Positions 17,360 through 29,717 of a stretch of 32,000 nt of DNA are shown in pieces. The first letter of the stretch is position 1. Each line of letters begins with the position of its first letter. Position numbers and translations under genes: made by a program. Location: contig NC_000964.3 of NCBI RefSeq assembly GCF_000009045.1, positions 2,550,001 through 2,582,000 of the forward strand, given 5' to 3'. Source of the DNA: Bacillus subtilis subsp. subtilis str. 168 (GTDB lineage: Bacteria; Bacillota; Bacilli; Bacillales; Bacillaceae). Below the pieces are notes generated by a model. The model searched no databases and was not told where the DNA came from. It saw only the letters and a list, made by a program, of their open reading frames with translations.

Positions 17360-18493
17360 TTACTCATGAAAAAATAACGCCCTCCACAAGATACCGCTTG
17401 TGGCGTTATATATGTGTGAAAACTGCTGAAACGGCAAAGGATTTTGGCCTTTTCCAAGTTCCACCGTATACCCTTCCTTAAAATAATGGTGAATAAACCA
17501 ATCACGAAATCCAGCATAGCTGTCTATATCCCTTACTCCCTTATAAATGTTCCCGCTTAACTCCTCAAACTCCTTTATGACGGCAGCAGATTCCTCAGGC
17601 TCAAGGCCTTTATAGCCCCAATAAATTTCTTCTCCTTGAGTATGAAGAGCCAGCAGTCTGTCAGGCGGATTCTCCGTGATCAGCCGGTACATCGCAATAG
17701 ATTCCGGCTCCGTAAGCGGAGAGATTCCCGGAAAATCGCGGTAGCTGGGTGCTGTCGGTTTTCGGTATTTTTCAATTTCCCATAATGATGGAAATTGTTT
17801 ATTTAAATCAACCCCGTTTATATTCGCCTTCCATTCATTAAAATTTGGACGATGTTCATTTAGCCTTTCGAGTTCATCTCTTCTGGCTCCCATGACTTCT
17901 GATCCGTTTAAAACAAGATCAACGCCATCCGGATTGACAAGAGGAACGAGGGATAAGGATGTGCTGTTAAACAGCTTTATGGGAGAAAAGCCAAAGAAAG
18001 GCGAATTGCAGCATAATGACATACAGTATTCCTTAAACCATTTTAGCAGGACAGACGTTGTAATCCACTCATTCGCATGAAATGACGCGTTCATATGGAC
18101 CTTTTTTACGGCATGCTCCCCACCAGCCTTCAGCTCCCAGATAGGCCTGCCGAGTACAGAACGGCCAATTTCCCGGCATGAGACAAACGGAAAAACATCA
18201 ATAATCTTCTTTATTTCCTTTTCAACAGCTGAATCATCATAGATTTTCTCTTGCTCAATCCAGCTATCTGAAAGTTTCAGCTGCCGAGGCTGTAAAAAGC
18301 GCTTTATGTCCTGAATGGTTTGAAGCTCTTTGCCGCTATGCTCCTCTATCACATAACCAGGGCAATACAATTGATGTTTTTGTGCGGAGCGATTTGCACT
18401 TTTAAGCAATTCCTCGTCTATCTTCAGTTCTTTCGCCACATTGGCCAAATTGTTCTTGATCTCAGGTTTCACCGTAATAAACGCCATCATCAT
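17360..18493 (-). CDS. yqgT: M14-family gamma-D-glutamyl-diaminopimelate endopeptidase with N-terminal LysM-like domain
   Basis: HANEWITT, NPDGVDLV, TVELGKGQNPL zinc carboxypeptidase motifs. Confidence 0.9.
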   Translation of the reverse strand: MMMAFITVKPEIKNNLANVAKELKIDEELLKSANRSAQKHQLYCPGYVIEEHSGKELQTIQDIKRFLQPRQLKLSDSWIEQEKIYDDSAVEKEIKKIIDVFPFVSCREIGRSVLGRPIWELKAGGEHAVKKVHMNASFHANEWITTSVLLKWFKEYCMSLCCNSPFFGFSPIKLFNSTSLSLVPLVNPDGVDLVLNGSEVMGARRDELERLNEHRPNFNEWKANINGVDLNKQFPSLWEIEKYRKPTAPSYRDFPGISPLTEPESIAMYRLITENPPDRLLALHTQGEEIYWGYKGLEPEESAAVIKEFEELSGNIYKGVRDIDSYAGFRDWFIHHYFKEGYTVELGKGQNPLPFQQFSHIYNATSGILWRALFFHE

Positions 18494-18526
18494 CCCCCTT
18501 TTTTGTTACTATATGACAGCGTATTT

Positions 18527-18563
18527 AAAAAAAGAAAGCCTCCCGCTCACTTCGATGCGGGAG
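18527..18563 (-). terminator. Intrinsic terminator downstream of yqgS
   Basis: Minus strand CTCCCGCATCGAAGTGAGCGGGAGGCTTTCTTTTTTTAA. Confidence 0.85.
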
Positions 18564-18572
18564 ACATTGTGA

Positions 18573-20498
<1,926 letters not shown>

Positions 20499-20605
20499 CT
20501 ATGCAGCACGCTCAAAAAAATCAGTCTATTCCCAACATTCTCATTAACACATCAAATTAAATCTTAACCTGAGCACAACAAAAAATCAATTTCATTTACA
20601 CAATT

Positions 20606-21571
20606 TTAACAATTTTGATGTTTCAGCCATTCATTTTTAGCGATCCAAGCGCCTCCGATAACGCCGGCATCATTTCCAAGTGCTGCGATTGAAATATCAG
20701 CAGCTTGGGCTGCCCGCGGAAACGCGCATTTGCGGAATGTTTTCTCGACTTTTGATCTCAGCAGTTCTCCGGCTCTCGATACGCCGCCGCCAAGAACGAT
20801 TTTGGATGGATTAAGCGAGCTTGCCAAATTTCCGAGCACCAAACCAAGATGCTTGGCTACATAATCAACCACCTCAAGGGCAATTTCATCATTTTCACCC
20901 GCCGCTTCAAACACATCTCGCGCTGACAATTGTTCGGTTGCTTTTAAACGTGTCGTCTTTTTAGCATTTGCTATTTTTTCTTTTGCAATTCTTACAATTC
21001 CGGTTGCTGACGCAATTGTTTCGATACAGCCCGTTTTGCCGCAGTTGCAGGGCGCTCCGCCTTCAGGGATGCTGCAAATATGGCCGATTTCTCCGCCGGC
21101 GCCATTTATACCATGTACAATTTCACCATTTGCAATGATGCCGCCGCCAACTCCTGTGCCAAGCGTCACGAGAATGACGTCTTTTGCGCCATCACCCGCT
21201 CCCTTCCACATTTCCCCGAGCGCAGCAATATTCGCGTCATTTTCTATAACAGCTGGGATGCCGGTTTCTGTCTCCAGATGGTTTTTCAAAGCATAATTTT
21301 TCCACCCTAGATTTACTGTTTCATAAACCACTCCTGCCGCCATATCTACAGGGCCTGGTGCACCCATTCCGATGTATTTGATGATGTGCTTCGGTTTTTG
21401 CAGCTCATCCAGCTTGCTGTCGATTGTTTTTGCAATTGTGACAGTAATCGTGTCGCCGGTTTTATCTGTCGGAACTTCCCACTTATGCTGAATTTCGCCA
21501 TATTGATTAATAAAAGCGAGTTTAATCGTCGTTCCTCCCAGGTCAATGCCCGCAAACCATATCTCGTCCAT
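20606..21571 (-). CDS. glcK: Glucokinase, ROK family (321 aa)
   Basis: [28 protein letters not shown] zinc motif [11 protein letters not shown]; SD AGGTGAT; start at 21571, not 21670. Confidence 0.96.
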
Positions 21572-21581
21572 TTTTATCACC

Positions 21582-21797
21582 TTAGCCTTTATAAAAATCT
21601 CTTCCGTTTTTTGTTTGTTCCAATTCTTTTCGAAGGACAGCTGCCGCTCTGGCCCACTGCTCCTTTTCAATCATGTGGTTCATGTATAATTCCTTTAATT
21701 CATCCAGCATAAACTCAATTTCAAGCTCTCTGTCTCCAAAATAAACAATGTGGCCAAACGTTTTTAACAGCTGCTGCACATCATAAAATGTATTCAT
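21582..21797 (-). CDS. yqgQ: YqgQ family small protein (71 aa)
   Basis: [43 protein letters not shown]; upstream of glcK. Confidence 0.88.
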
Positions 21798-21906
21798 TTT
21801 CCTCACCATTTCTTGAACTTAACTATCATAAGCGTATTCATAAGGAAGCGGTCAGTCAAGAAGAAAACGCTGACAAAAAAGCCAGCTTCCTTTCCATATT
21901 CCACCT

Positions 21907-23430
21907 CTATGATTCTTTATTGTTTTCAATTTGCCGCTGCAGCTCCTTGTAGCGCTGCTCCTTCGGCTTCAGTTTCACAGCCGTCTGGATGGCCTTTTCT
22001 GCTTGTGCAAGCTCATTTTTTTCCGCATACAATAACGCTAAATTGTAATAGGAAGCATGGTCTTTAGGTTCTTTTTTCACTGCTCGTTCCAAAAGGGAAA
22101 CCGCCTGATCATATTCGCCGATTTGAATATCAGAAACAGCAAGAATTTTCAAAAGATCGGCAGAGGCATCTTTTTGCGCTGCTTCTCCGTTCAGCAATTC
22201 TGTTACTTCTTCATACTTTCCTTCCTGATACAGCTCGCTTGCCTGCTGAATCAGCGCTGACTCCTGGTGTGAAGGCGAATGCAATCCGTAATATAAAAAT
22301 CCAACAGCCAAAGCAATCAGCAAAACCGCTGACAACAATCTTTTTCCAAAGGCTCCGGCTTTAGGCAACCCCAGTGCTGCTGCAGCGAAAAAGCCGCCAA
22401 TCAAGCCGCCGATATGTCCTGAATTATCAATATTCGAAACCGCAAAACCAAAGCCCAGATTGATGATAATAATGACAATAATATTGGTTCCTATAGTTCT
22501 TAAAAACATTTTTCGATTAGACAAAGCAACATACAGTAATGCACCTAAGCATCCGAATATGGCTCCTGATGCCCCTGCCGAAGGATACGGGCTGAACACA
22601 AAACTCGCAATCGAACCCGTAATGCCAGCAGCCAGATAAATCAGCAAAAATCTCCCCGATCCATACATCCGCTCAACCGCTGTACCAACCGACCATAAAG
22701 CCAGCGTATTAAAAGCTAAATGCGCTATGCCGATGTGAAGCACGATCGGTGTCAGAAGCCGCCACCATTCTCCTTGTGCAATCAGGCTGTTTTCTTTTGC
22801 TCCAAAAGCCACCAGTGTCTCCGTATTAGTGCTGCCTCCGTTTATTTCGAGCAAGAAAAACATCAGGATCTGAAGCGCAATAAATAAATATGTAAAAGTC
22901 GGTTTTCCGTTTTGAAAAACCGCCGCTTCAGTTTTTCTCTGTTCTTCTTGTTTCAGCACTAGCGAAAGGAAGCGTTCTCGCGCCATTTGCGCGTTTTCAA
23001 ACGAAGCGTGTTCCTCTGAACAATCTTCTGTACGAAATGATGGAAAAACCGCTTGAAGATCATCTCGAAGCATCGTTCCTCTAACGATCGCCGGCTCAAC
23101 TGACACAGTTCCCTTCTCAAAAGTTTTTTTTGCAATCTCTTCCCAGTCATCAACTGGGGCTTCCGTTGAAAAAAACACGTTCAGCAGCTTCATCCTTCGT
23201 CTGCCCAATTGATGTCTGACTCGTTCTACTCGTTCGGCCTGCTCTTCGATGTCTCTAACCATTTCTTGACGGAAATCAAGATCGTGCTTATAAAGACGAA
23301 CTAGATCATGAGAGGACTTGTCCGGCGCTTCCAGCCATATTTCATCTGACTCACCGGCTTGTATGACGCCATACCCGCTATTCACCAGGTGCGCCGCAAT
23401 TTTCCAATATGTATACTCCAGCAAAAACAT
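21907..23430 (-). CDS. gluP: GluP (YqgP), rhomboid intramembrane serine protease with N-terminal cytosolic domain and C-terminal TPRs
   Basis: GASGAIFGCLGAL (catalytic Ser), NSGHIGGLIGG (catalytic His), TPR repeats YYNLALLYAEKNELAQAEKAIQTAV. Confidence 0.95.
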   Translation of the reverse strand: MFLLEYTYWKIAAHLVNSGYGVIQAGESDEIWLEAPDKSSHDLVRLYKHDLDFRQEMVRDIEEQAERVERVRHQLGRRRMKLLNVFFSTEAPVDDWEEIAKKTFEKGTVSVEPAIVRGTMLRDDLQAVFPSFRTEDCSEEHASFENAQMARERFLSLVLKQEEQRKTEAAVFQNGKPTFTYLFIALQILMFFLLEINGGSTNTETLVAFGAKENSLIAQGEWWRLLTPIVLHIGIAHLAFNTLALWSVGTAVERMYGSGRFLLIYLAAGITGSIASFVFSPYPSAGASGAIFGCLGALLYVALSNRKMFLRTIGTNIIVIIIINLGFGFAVSNIDNSGHIGGLIGGFFAAAALGLPKAGAFGKRLLSAVLLIALAVGFLYYGLHSPSHQESALIQQASELYQEGKYEEVTELLNGEAAQKDASADLLKILAVSDIQIGEYDQAVSLLERAVKKEPKDHASYYNLALLYAEKNELAQAEKAIQTAVKLKPKEQRYKELQRQIENNKES

Positions 23431-23493
23431 GTTTACCGCTCCAATAGTTTTTTTTCATTATAACAGCTGGCGCTCCGAAACGCCTACTGAAAG

Positions 23494-23520
23494 CAAAAAA
23501 TCCCGTTTTTCACGGGATTT
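23494..23520 (-). terminator. Intrinsic terminator downstream of yqgO
   Basis: Minus strand AAATCCCGTGAAAAACGGGATTTTTTGC. Confidence 0.85.
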
Positions 23521-23693
23521 TAGAAAGCTTGCTGTATAAACTTATTGCGGATAAATGGAATTCTTAAAAACAAATGGATAAAAGACCGCCTGATTCCTGG
23601 CTGGCTGAGTACAGTATTCATAAGACGGTAGCGATTTTGATAAAACATGACGGCAGAAACCGCGAAAATGGCATATATCAAAAGTTTTTTCAT
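23520..23693 (-). CDS. yqgO: Small protein YqgO (57 aa), hydrophobic N-terminus
   Basis: [57 protein letters not shown]; SD GGCAGGAGGG. Missing from ORF track. Confidence 0.82.
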
Positions 23694-23759
23694 GATATCC
23701 CTCCTGCCAATAGGGTTTGTTATTCTACCTTATTTATTCTCGAATAAGGGACAGGAAAG

Positions 23760-24323
23760 TTATGAAAAACAAGAAATAATCCGATCCTCTGTTATCAGCT
23801 TATGTACCGGGATGTCATGCGGCAGACGGGGTACGTGCGCAAACAACTGGCACTCCAAAAGCAAAGAGACTGTCTTCCCTTCATATTCACTTAAATAGCG
23901 ATCATAATAGCCGCCTCCAAAGCCGACCCTAAACCCGTTAACATCAAAACAAACACCCGGAACGATCATCAAGTCAATTTGTGATGGGTTTACTTCTTTT
24001 GTTTTTTCAATTACCGGCTCGAGCAGTCCGGCGTACACGGTTTCGAGCTGATCATCAGTCTGATATGTGCGAAATTGCATTTTCTTCGTGTCCGGATGGC
24101 ATTTTGGGATGCAAACTTGTTTCCCTTCTTCCCAAGCCTGCTCAATGACAGGACGCGTCGGTATCTCTAATCCTCTGGAAATAGTGACGGCAATGGTGCC
24201 GGCATTTTGCCACTCCGGCAGAGAAAACAAGTACTTATACATACGTTCCGTTTTTTGAAGAATATCTTCATTTGATAAAGCAGACAGTGCCTCCAGCGTC
24301 TTTTTTCTTAATTGTGATTTCAT
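23760..24323 (-). CDS. yqgN: 5-formyltetrahydrofolate cyclo-ligase family protein
   Basis: 187 aa, [26 protein letters not shown] signature. Confidence 0.93.
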
Positions 24324-24344
24324 CTCTCATCCCCCTCGGAATAG

Positions 24345-24384
24345 AAAAAAAGCCAGAACCTTTTTCAAAGCTCTGGCTTTTTTC
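24345..24384. terminator. Intrinsic terminator between rpmGA and yqgN
   Basis: AAAAAAAGCCAGA...TCTGGCTTTTTTCTT; A/T tracts on both sides. Confidence 0.88.
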
Positions 24385-24407
24385 TTACACCTCAAACAGC
24401 AAAGCTG

Positions 24408-24572
<165 letters not shown>

Positions 24573-24640
24573 CTAAAATCATTTACTTATTCAGACTTAT
24601 ATATAATACCACTATAATGGACGGAATGCTAGGCTGTTTT

Positions 24641-25720
24641 TCAATGAATTGCTGAATTATTGAAGATACGCTCATAAAGCTGCAAATATGATGACATAAT
24701 GAGTCGGGGGTGGTGGAGCTTGAACACTTGTTGTCTGCCAGCTTCTTTTATCCGGCGGGCTTTTTCCCGGTCTTTTAAAAAACTGTCCAGCAGATCAGCA
24801 GCTTCCTGTACGAGCGTAAAATCAGCGATGATTGCCGTTTTGTCATGAACCGCATAATCACAAAAACCACCTGACTGAGAAACGACAGTCAGCACACCTT
24901 GTTCCATGCTTTCTTGCGCGGCAAGCCCAAACGGTTCATAAGAACTAGGGAAAACAGCCATTTCACAGTGAGACAGTAACGTTCTGATATCTTTCCTATT
25001 TAGAAACGGCAGAAACATGACGCGATCCTTCAGGTTATATGCCGCAGCCAATTTCTCATAGCAGGACAGAGACGGCCCCTCCCCAGCCAGCACTAGATAG
25101 AGGTCAGGCTGACGCTGCTTCAAGATGGCAAACACCTTTAACAGCTGCGATAATCCTTTTTCCGGAACAAACCTTCCATATGAAAAGAGGAATCTTCTAT
25201 TCATGCTTCTCGGGATTTTCCCCTTCTCTTCCTCCATAGATGCAGGGCTTGGGATAACGGTTATTTTCTTATGTGCCGCCTTATCAAGAGACCGCTTCAT
25301 AAATGTGCTTAATACGATCAATGCATCAGCGGATTCTATAAGGAGCCGTTCGGTCATGAGCCTGTATGGGTGTGGGGCTTCTCGGCACACCTTCTTCCTT
25401 TCGCTTTCAAGACCGTGGATTGTCGCAGCAAGCGGAAGGCCAAGCCGTTGTTTCAAATACTGGGCGGCAGGGGCAGTTGTGTCATCATGGGCATGAATCA
25501 GATCAAAGCGTTTATTGTGTGATAACACATGGCGAACCATTGTAAAGTTAGCATCAGCTATGTAATCTTCAAACTTCGCATACGAAAACAGCTGCCCGCT
25601 CGGAGTAAAAACCGTAATGTTGATATGAGGGTTTAAATAGGAAATGAGGCGGTTTAAATGGACACCGAGCCCGCTTTTCGGCTCATCGGGATGTTCGGGT
25701 GAAAGCATGAGAATGTTCAC
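24641..25720 (-). CDS. yqgM: GT4-family glycosyltransferase (GTG start, 359 aa)
   Basis: NILMLSPEHPDEPKSGLGVHLNRLISYL, FPSSYEPFGLAAQESMEQGV motif. Start GTG 25720 after GGAGAGGGG. Confidence 0.88.
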   Translation of the reverse strand: MNILMLSPEHPDEPKSGLGVHLNRLISYLNPHINITVFTPSGQLFSYAKFEDYIADANFTMVRHVLSHNKRFDLIHAHDDTTAPAAQYLKQRLGLPLAATIHGLESERKKVCREAPHPYRLMTERLLIESADALIVLSTFMKRSLDKAAHKKITVIPSPASMEEEKGKIPRSMNRRFLFSYGRFVPEKGLSQLLKVFAILKQRQPDLYLVLAGEGPSLSCYEKLAAAYNLKDRVMFLPFLNRKDIRTLLSHCEMAVFPSSYEPFGLAAQESMEQGVLTVVSQSGGFCDYAVHDKTAIIADFTLVQEAADLLDSFLKDREKARRIKEAGRQQVFKLHHPRLIMSSYLQLYERIFNNSAIH

Positions 25721-26187
25721 CGTTCTTTTTCCCCTCTCCCATAACAGGTGTATGCAGAAAATTGCGCCTCCCACCTGGTGTGCGCTTCTTCAATCTGAAA
25801 ACTGTTTATATGACGAATCCCATTTTCATCAAGATAGATGTCGTCTGTACCGGCAAGCTTGAGAGAGACATTCATTGAATTCACAATTCTGTATTCAGCC
25901 CGATATACAGCATCACCAGCCGCCTGTCTAATCGTCCATTCTCCTTTATCATACGTTGTGCGTTTTGTCCTGACAGCTTCAATGTCTTTTCTTTTGATGA
26001 CAATGCGCAATTCTTTTATCATATCCTGCGTTTTTTCGAAAAGGACCGCTTCAGCCAGCCGCATTGTTTCTTCTGAGATTTCCCAGCTTACGGTCAAGGT
26101 GTGAGCGTTTTGAATGATTATGTCGAATGTGTCCCTAAAAAAGGAAAGCTTATGTCGTATATTATAGGGAAATGGGTGTTTATCCAT
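25717..26187 (-). CDS. yqgL: Conserved protein YqgL, overlaps yqgM start by 4 nt; start codon uncertain
   Basis: 156-aa ORF, AGGAG close to the ATG at 26187; downstream in-frame starts cannot be excluded. Confidence 0.75.
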   Translation of the reverse strand: MDKHPFPYNIRHKLSFFRDTFDIIIQNAHTLTVSWEISEETMRLAEAVLFEKTQDMIKELRIVIKRKDIEAVRTKRTTYDKGEWTIRQAAGDAVYRAEYRIVNSMNVSLKLAGTDDIYLDENGIRHINSFQIEEAHTRWEAQFSAYTCYGRGEKER

Positions 26188-26366
26188 GGACTCCTAACAT
26201 TCTCCTTTCCAATCGTTCACTTCGTGTTCCTATTAAACCATTACATGAAGAAGAAGCGAAGAAAGATTTCTCGACAAAATCTCGTTTTTTTCGCGAATTC
26301 CTTTAGAAACTATTGGTTTTATGGTATAAAAAAGAAGGATAAAAAAAGAATAGAAGGTGATGAAAC

Positions 26367-26720
26367 GTGGAAATTGCTATTATTGCGTTGTTTATCGTCA
26401 GTATAGCGCTAATTGCATTCTCATATTCTCAAAGAGACCCGATGAAAGATGTAGAACAGGAGCTCGAAACACTGCAGCTTTCTGCGATGCAGGAAATTTA
26501 CAAGCTCAAAAAGAAAATGACAGTGCTTGAGGAAGAATTACTGGAAACAAACCTTGTCATTCGCAAATCAAAGCAGAACGACATCAATCAAAAAATCGCT
26601 AAACAAATACTTTCTAAATATAATAACGGTATGTCAGCTGAAGCGATTGCTAAAGCTGAACATGTATCAGTGGAAGACGTGAATACGATTATCAAAGATA
26701 ATGAGAAGGTGCTCGTATGA
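26367..26720 (+). CDS. yqzD: Membrane-anchored coiled-coil protein with C-terminal HTH-like segment
   Basis: MEIAIIALFIVSIALIAFSYSQ TM segment, coiled coil, ISAEAIAKAEHVSVEDVNTII-type end (actual MSAEAIAKAEHVSVEDVNTII). Symbol assigned from remembered gene order. Confidence 0.82.
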   Translation: MEIAIIALFIVSIALIAFSYSQRDPMKDVEQELETLQLSAMQEIYKLKKKMTVLEEELLETNLVIRKSKQNDINQKIAKQILSKYNNGMSAEAIAKAEHVSVEDVNTIIKDNEKVLV

Positions 26721-27181
26721 CAAAACGGGGCATTCAGGCATTTGCTGGCGGCATCATTTTAGCGACAGCCGTTCTTGCAGCTGTTTTTTATCTGACTGAC
26801 GAAGACCAGGCCGCTGCTGTAAAAGATAATAAAACAGTAACCGAACAAGACGTGAACAATTATCTTGATTCTAAAAAATTGGTTTCTGTCAACCGTGATG
26901 AATATCAAAAACTTCTCGATTCAAAAGAGAAATCCTTAAACAATGACAGCGGCTCAGACACGAAATCAGACAAAGTCAAAACCTACAAGCTCACCATTAA
27001 AGACGGCATGAGCACGGCGGATGTATCTGCTATTCTTGAAAAAGAGGGCATTATCTCTTCGGCTCAAGACTTTAATGACTATGTCATTGATGCCGGCTAT
27101 CACAAAGAAATTCGTGCCGGCGAGTTTAAAGTAAAATCAGACATGAGTTTCAAAAAGATCGTAAAAACGTTAACACGATAA
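26717..27181 (+). CDS. yqzC: Membrane-anchored protein with MltG/YceG N-terminal-like domain
   Basis: 154 aa; ATGA overlap with the preceding gene; TIKDGMSTADVSAILEKEGIISSAQDFNDYVIDAGYHKEIRAGEFKVKSDMSFKKIVKTLT. Symbol from gene order. Confidence 0.82.
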   Translation: MTKRGIQAFAGGIILATAVLAAVFYLTDEDQAAAVKDNKTVTEQDVNNYLDSKKLVSVNRDEYQKLLDSKEKSLNNDSGSDTKSDKVKTYKLTIKDGMSTADVSAILEKEGIISSAQDFNDYVIDAGYHKEIRAGEFKVKSDMSFKKIVKTLTR

Positions 27182-27210
27182 AAAAACAGGCTGACTCAGC
27201 CTGTTTTTTT
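27181..27210. terminator. Intrinsic terminator shared by convergent yqzC and pstBB
   Basis: AAAAAACAGGCTGACTCAGCCTGTTTTTTT, nearly symmetrical. Confidence 0.93.
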
Positions 27211-27992
27211 CATCCAAACTTTCCTGAAATGTAATCGAGCGTTCTTTGGTCCTTCGGGTTAGAGAACATTTTATTCGTATTGTCGCATTCAACAAGCTCG
27301 CCCATGTAGAAAAAGGCGGTTTGATCAGAAACCCTTGCTGCCTGCTGCATGTTATGCGTGACAATGACAATTGTATATTTATCTTTCAGCTCTAGAATGA
27401 GTTCTTCAATTTTTCTCGTTGAGATTGGATCTAGTGCAGATGTCGGTTCATCCATCAGCAAAATATCAGGATTGGTCGCAAGTGCTCTGGCGATGCAAAG
27501 ACGCTGCTGCTGGCCCCCTGACAGCGAAAGAGCGGACGTATGCAATCGATCCTTCACCTCATCCCATAACGCCACGTCTTTTAATGACTTTTCCACAATT
27601 TCCTGAAGCTTCTTCTTATTTTTGGTGCCGTGGACTCTCGGTCCGTAAGCCACATTATCAAAAATAGATTGCGGAAACGGATTCCCTTTTTGGAATACCA
27701 TGCCGATATTTTTTCGCAAATCCACGATGTCCACTTTATCCTTTAAAATGTTGCTGCCATTATAGTTCAGCTCACCTGCAAGCTTTACATTCGGCGTCAT
27801 TTGAATCATTAAATTCAATGTCTTGATAAAGGTCGATTTCCCGCATCCGGATGGTCCGATAATCGCCGTAACCTCATTTTCATAAATGCTCAAATTGATA
27901 TTTTTTAAAGCATGATGCTGCCCATACCATAAGTTCATTCCATTGACTTGATATACTTCCTGTTTCATTACAGCTTCGGTAGCAATACTCAT
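27210..27992 (-). CDS. pstBB: Phosphate ABC transporter ATP-binding protein
   Basis: [37 protein letters not shown]; 260 aa. Confidence 0.95.
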
Positions 27993-28002
27993 TGCCGCCC
28001 TC

Positions 28003-28812
28003 CTATCCGAATTTCCCGTTAATATAATCCTCTGTCTTTTGCTTTTTCGGACTCGTGAAAATCTGTTCGGTCTGTCCGTATTCTACAAGCTCGCCGTTTA
28101 AAAAGAATGCCGTCCGGTCAGAAACCCGCAGAGCCTGCTGCATATTGTGCGTGACAATAATAATTGAGTATTCTCTTTTCAATCCTGTAATTAATTCCTC
28201 TATTTTTGCATTTGAAATCGGATCAAGCGCTGAAGCTGGTTCATCAAGCAGAAGAACAGCCGGCTTCATCGCAAGCGTTCTCGCGATGCATAAACGCTGC
28301 TGCTGGCCGCCGGATAACGAGAGTGCGGATGAATGTAAACGATCCTTCACCTCATCCCAGAGCGCTGCTTTTGTTAAACTTTCTTCCACAATTTCATCTA
28401 AAACAGCTTTATTCCGCTCTCCGGCATATTTCAATGCATGTGTGATATTCGCATAGATCGATTTCGGAAATGGATTTGGTTTTTGGAAAACCATTCCGAT
28501 TTCTCTTCTCAAGCTGACAACGTTAATATTGCCGCCCAATATATTTAATCCCTCATAAAGGATTTCACCTTCCGCTCTTGCAGATGGAATTAAATCGTTC
28601 ATTCGGTTAATATTTCTCAAAAAAGTAGATTTTCCGCATCCCGACGGCCCAATTAAAGCAGTCACCGCATTTTTTTCAATATCCATGTTTACATGATGAA
28701 CGGCTTGTTTATTTCCGTAATAAATGGACAGATCTTTGACCTCAAGCACGTGGTTCTGCTTCGGAACAATAACAGCTCGCTCAGGTTTTTCTTTTACCAT
28801 TTGTTCAGACAT
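28003..28812 (-). CDS. pstBA: Phosphate ABC transporter ATP-binding protein (269 aa)
   Basis: [32 protein letters not shown]; start ATG 28812 ([14 protein letters not shown]). Confidence 0.94.
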
Positions 28813-28832
28813 GTTTTTCGCCTCTTTCCGTT

Positions 28833-29717
28833 CTAATTTGCCGTAAGCTTTTTGTAGATCATCGTGCCAAGCCATCTCGCCGCGAGATTAAACACAAGAA
28901 CAGAAATCACCAGCACGGCAGAACCACCGTTGGCAATCGCTTCAGCATCCGGAATCATTCCTTGTGTATTGACGTTCCAAATGTGGACCGCAAGTGTTTC
29001 AGCGGGCCTGAAAATATTAAGCGGTGATGTTTCCGAAAACGGGTTCCACTCCGTAAAATTAAGACGCGGTGTTGTCAGGCCTGCCGTAAATAATAATGCG
29101 GCCGCTTCCCCGAACACCCTTCCTGACGCTAAAATTGCTCCTGTGATGATAGAAGGAATCGCACTTGGAATTAAAACTGTTTTTACGGTATGCCAGCGTG
29201 ATACACCTAAAGCGAGAGAGGCTTCCTTCAGATCTTTAGGGACTGAACGGATCGCGTCTTCTGTCACACGCACCATGACAGGAAGGTTAAAAACAGTTAA
29301 CGCAAGCGCTCCGCCTATGATCGTATAACCCCAGCCTGTTAAGTTGACAAACATCAATAATCCAAACATCCCAATGACAATAGACGGAAGAGATGAAAGC
29401 ACCTCTATACATGTTCTAATGAAGTCAGTTACTTTGTTATTAGGCGCGTATTCAGCCATGAAGACTCCGCCGCCCACACCGAGCGGGATTGTAATCAGCA
29501 TTGTAATAAACAAAATATAAAAGGAGTTAAACAGCTGATCTCGTATGCCTCCTCCAGCTGCAATGGCGCTCGACTTTGTTGTAATAAATTGAAAACTGAG
29601 CTGAGAAACACCGTTTATAATAATATAGGAAAACAAACCTACTAAAATGGCAGCGATAATGGCTGCACACAAACCAAACATTCCGGTCGCCAGTTTATCT
29701 GTTATTTTGCGGTTCAT
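28833..29717 (-). CDS. pstA: Phosphate ABC transporter permease
   Basis: 294 aa, PstA-type permease, [21 protein letters not shown]. Confidence 0.94.
   Translation of the reverse strand: MNRKITDKLATGMFGLCAAIIAAILVGLFSYIIINGVSQLSFQFITTKSSAIAAGGGIRDQLFNSFYILFITMLITIPLGVGGGVFMAEYAPNNKVTDFIRTCIEVLSSLPSIVIGMFGLLMFVNLTGWGYTIIGGALALTVFNLPVMVRVTEDAIRSVPKDLKEASLALGVSRWHTVKTVLIPSAIPSIITGAILASGRVFGEAAALLFTAGLTTPRLNFTEWNPFSETSPLNIFRPAETLAVHIWNVNTQGMIPDAEAIANGGSAVLVISVLVFNLAARWLGTMIYKKLTAN

Noticed and set aside
26101-26406. 101-aa plus-strand ORF between yqgL and yqzD
   Set aside because: Overlaps the start regions of both neighbours and runs through the AT-rich intergenic promoter region; composition does not look coding.
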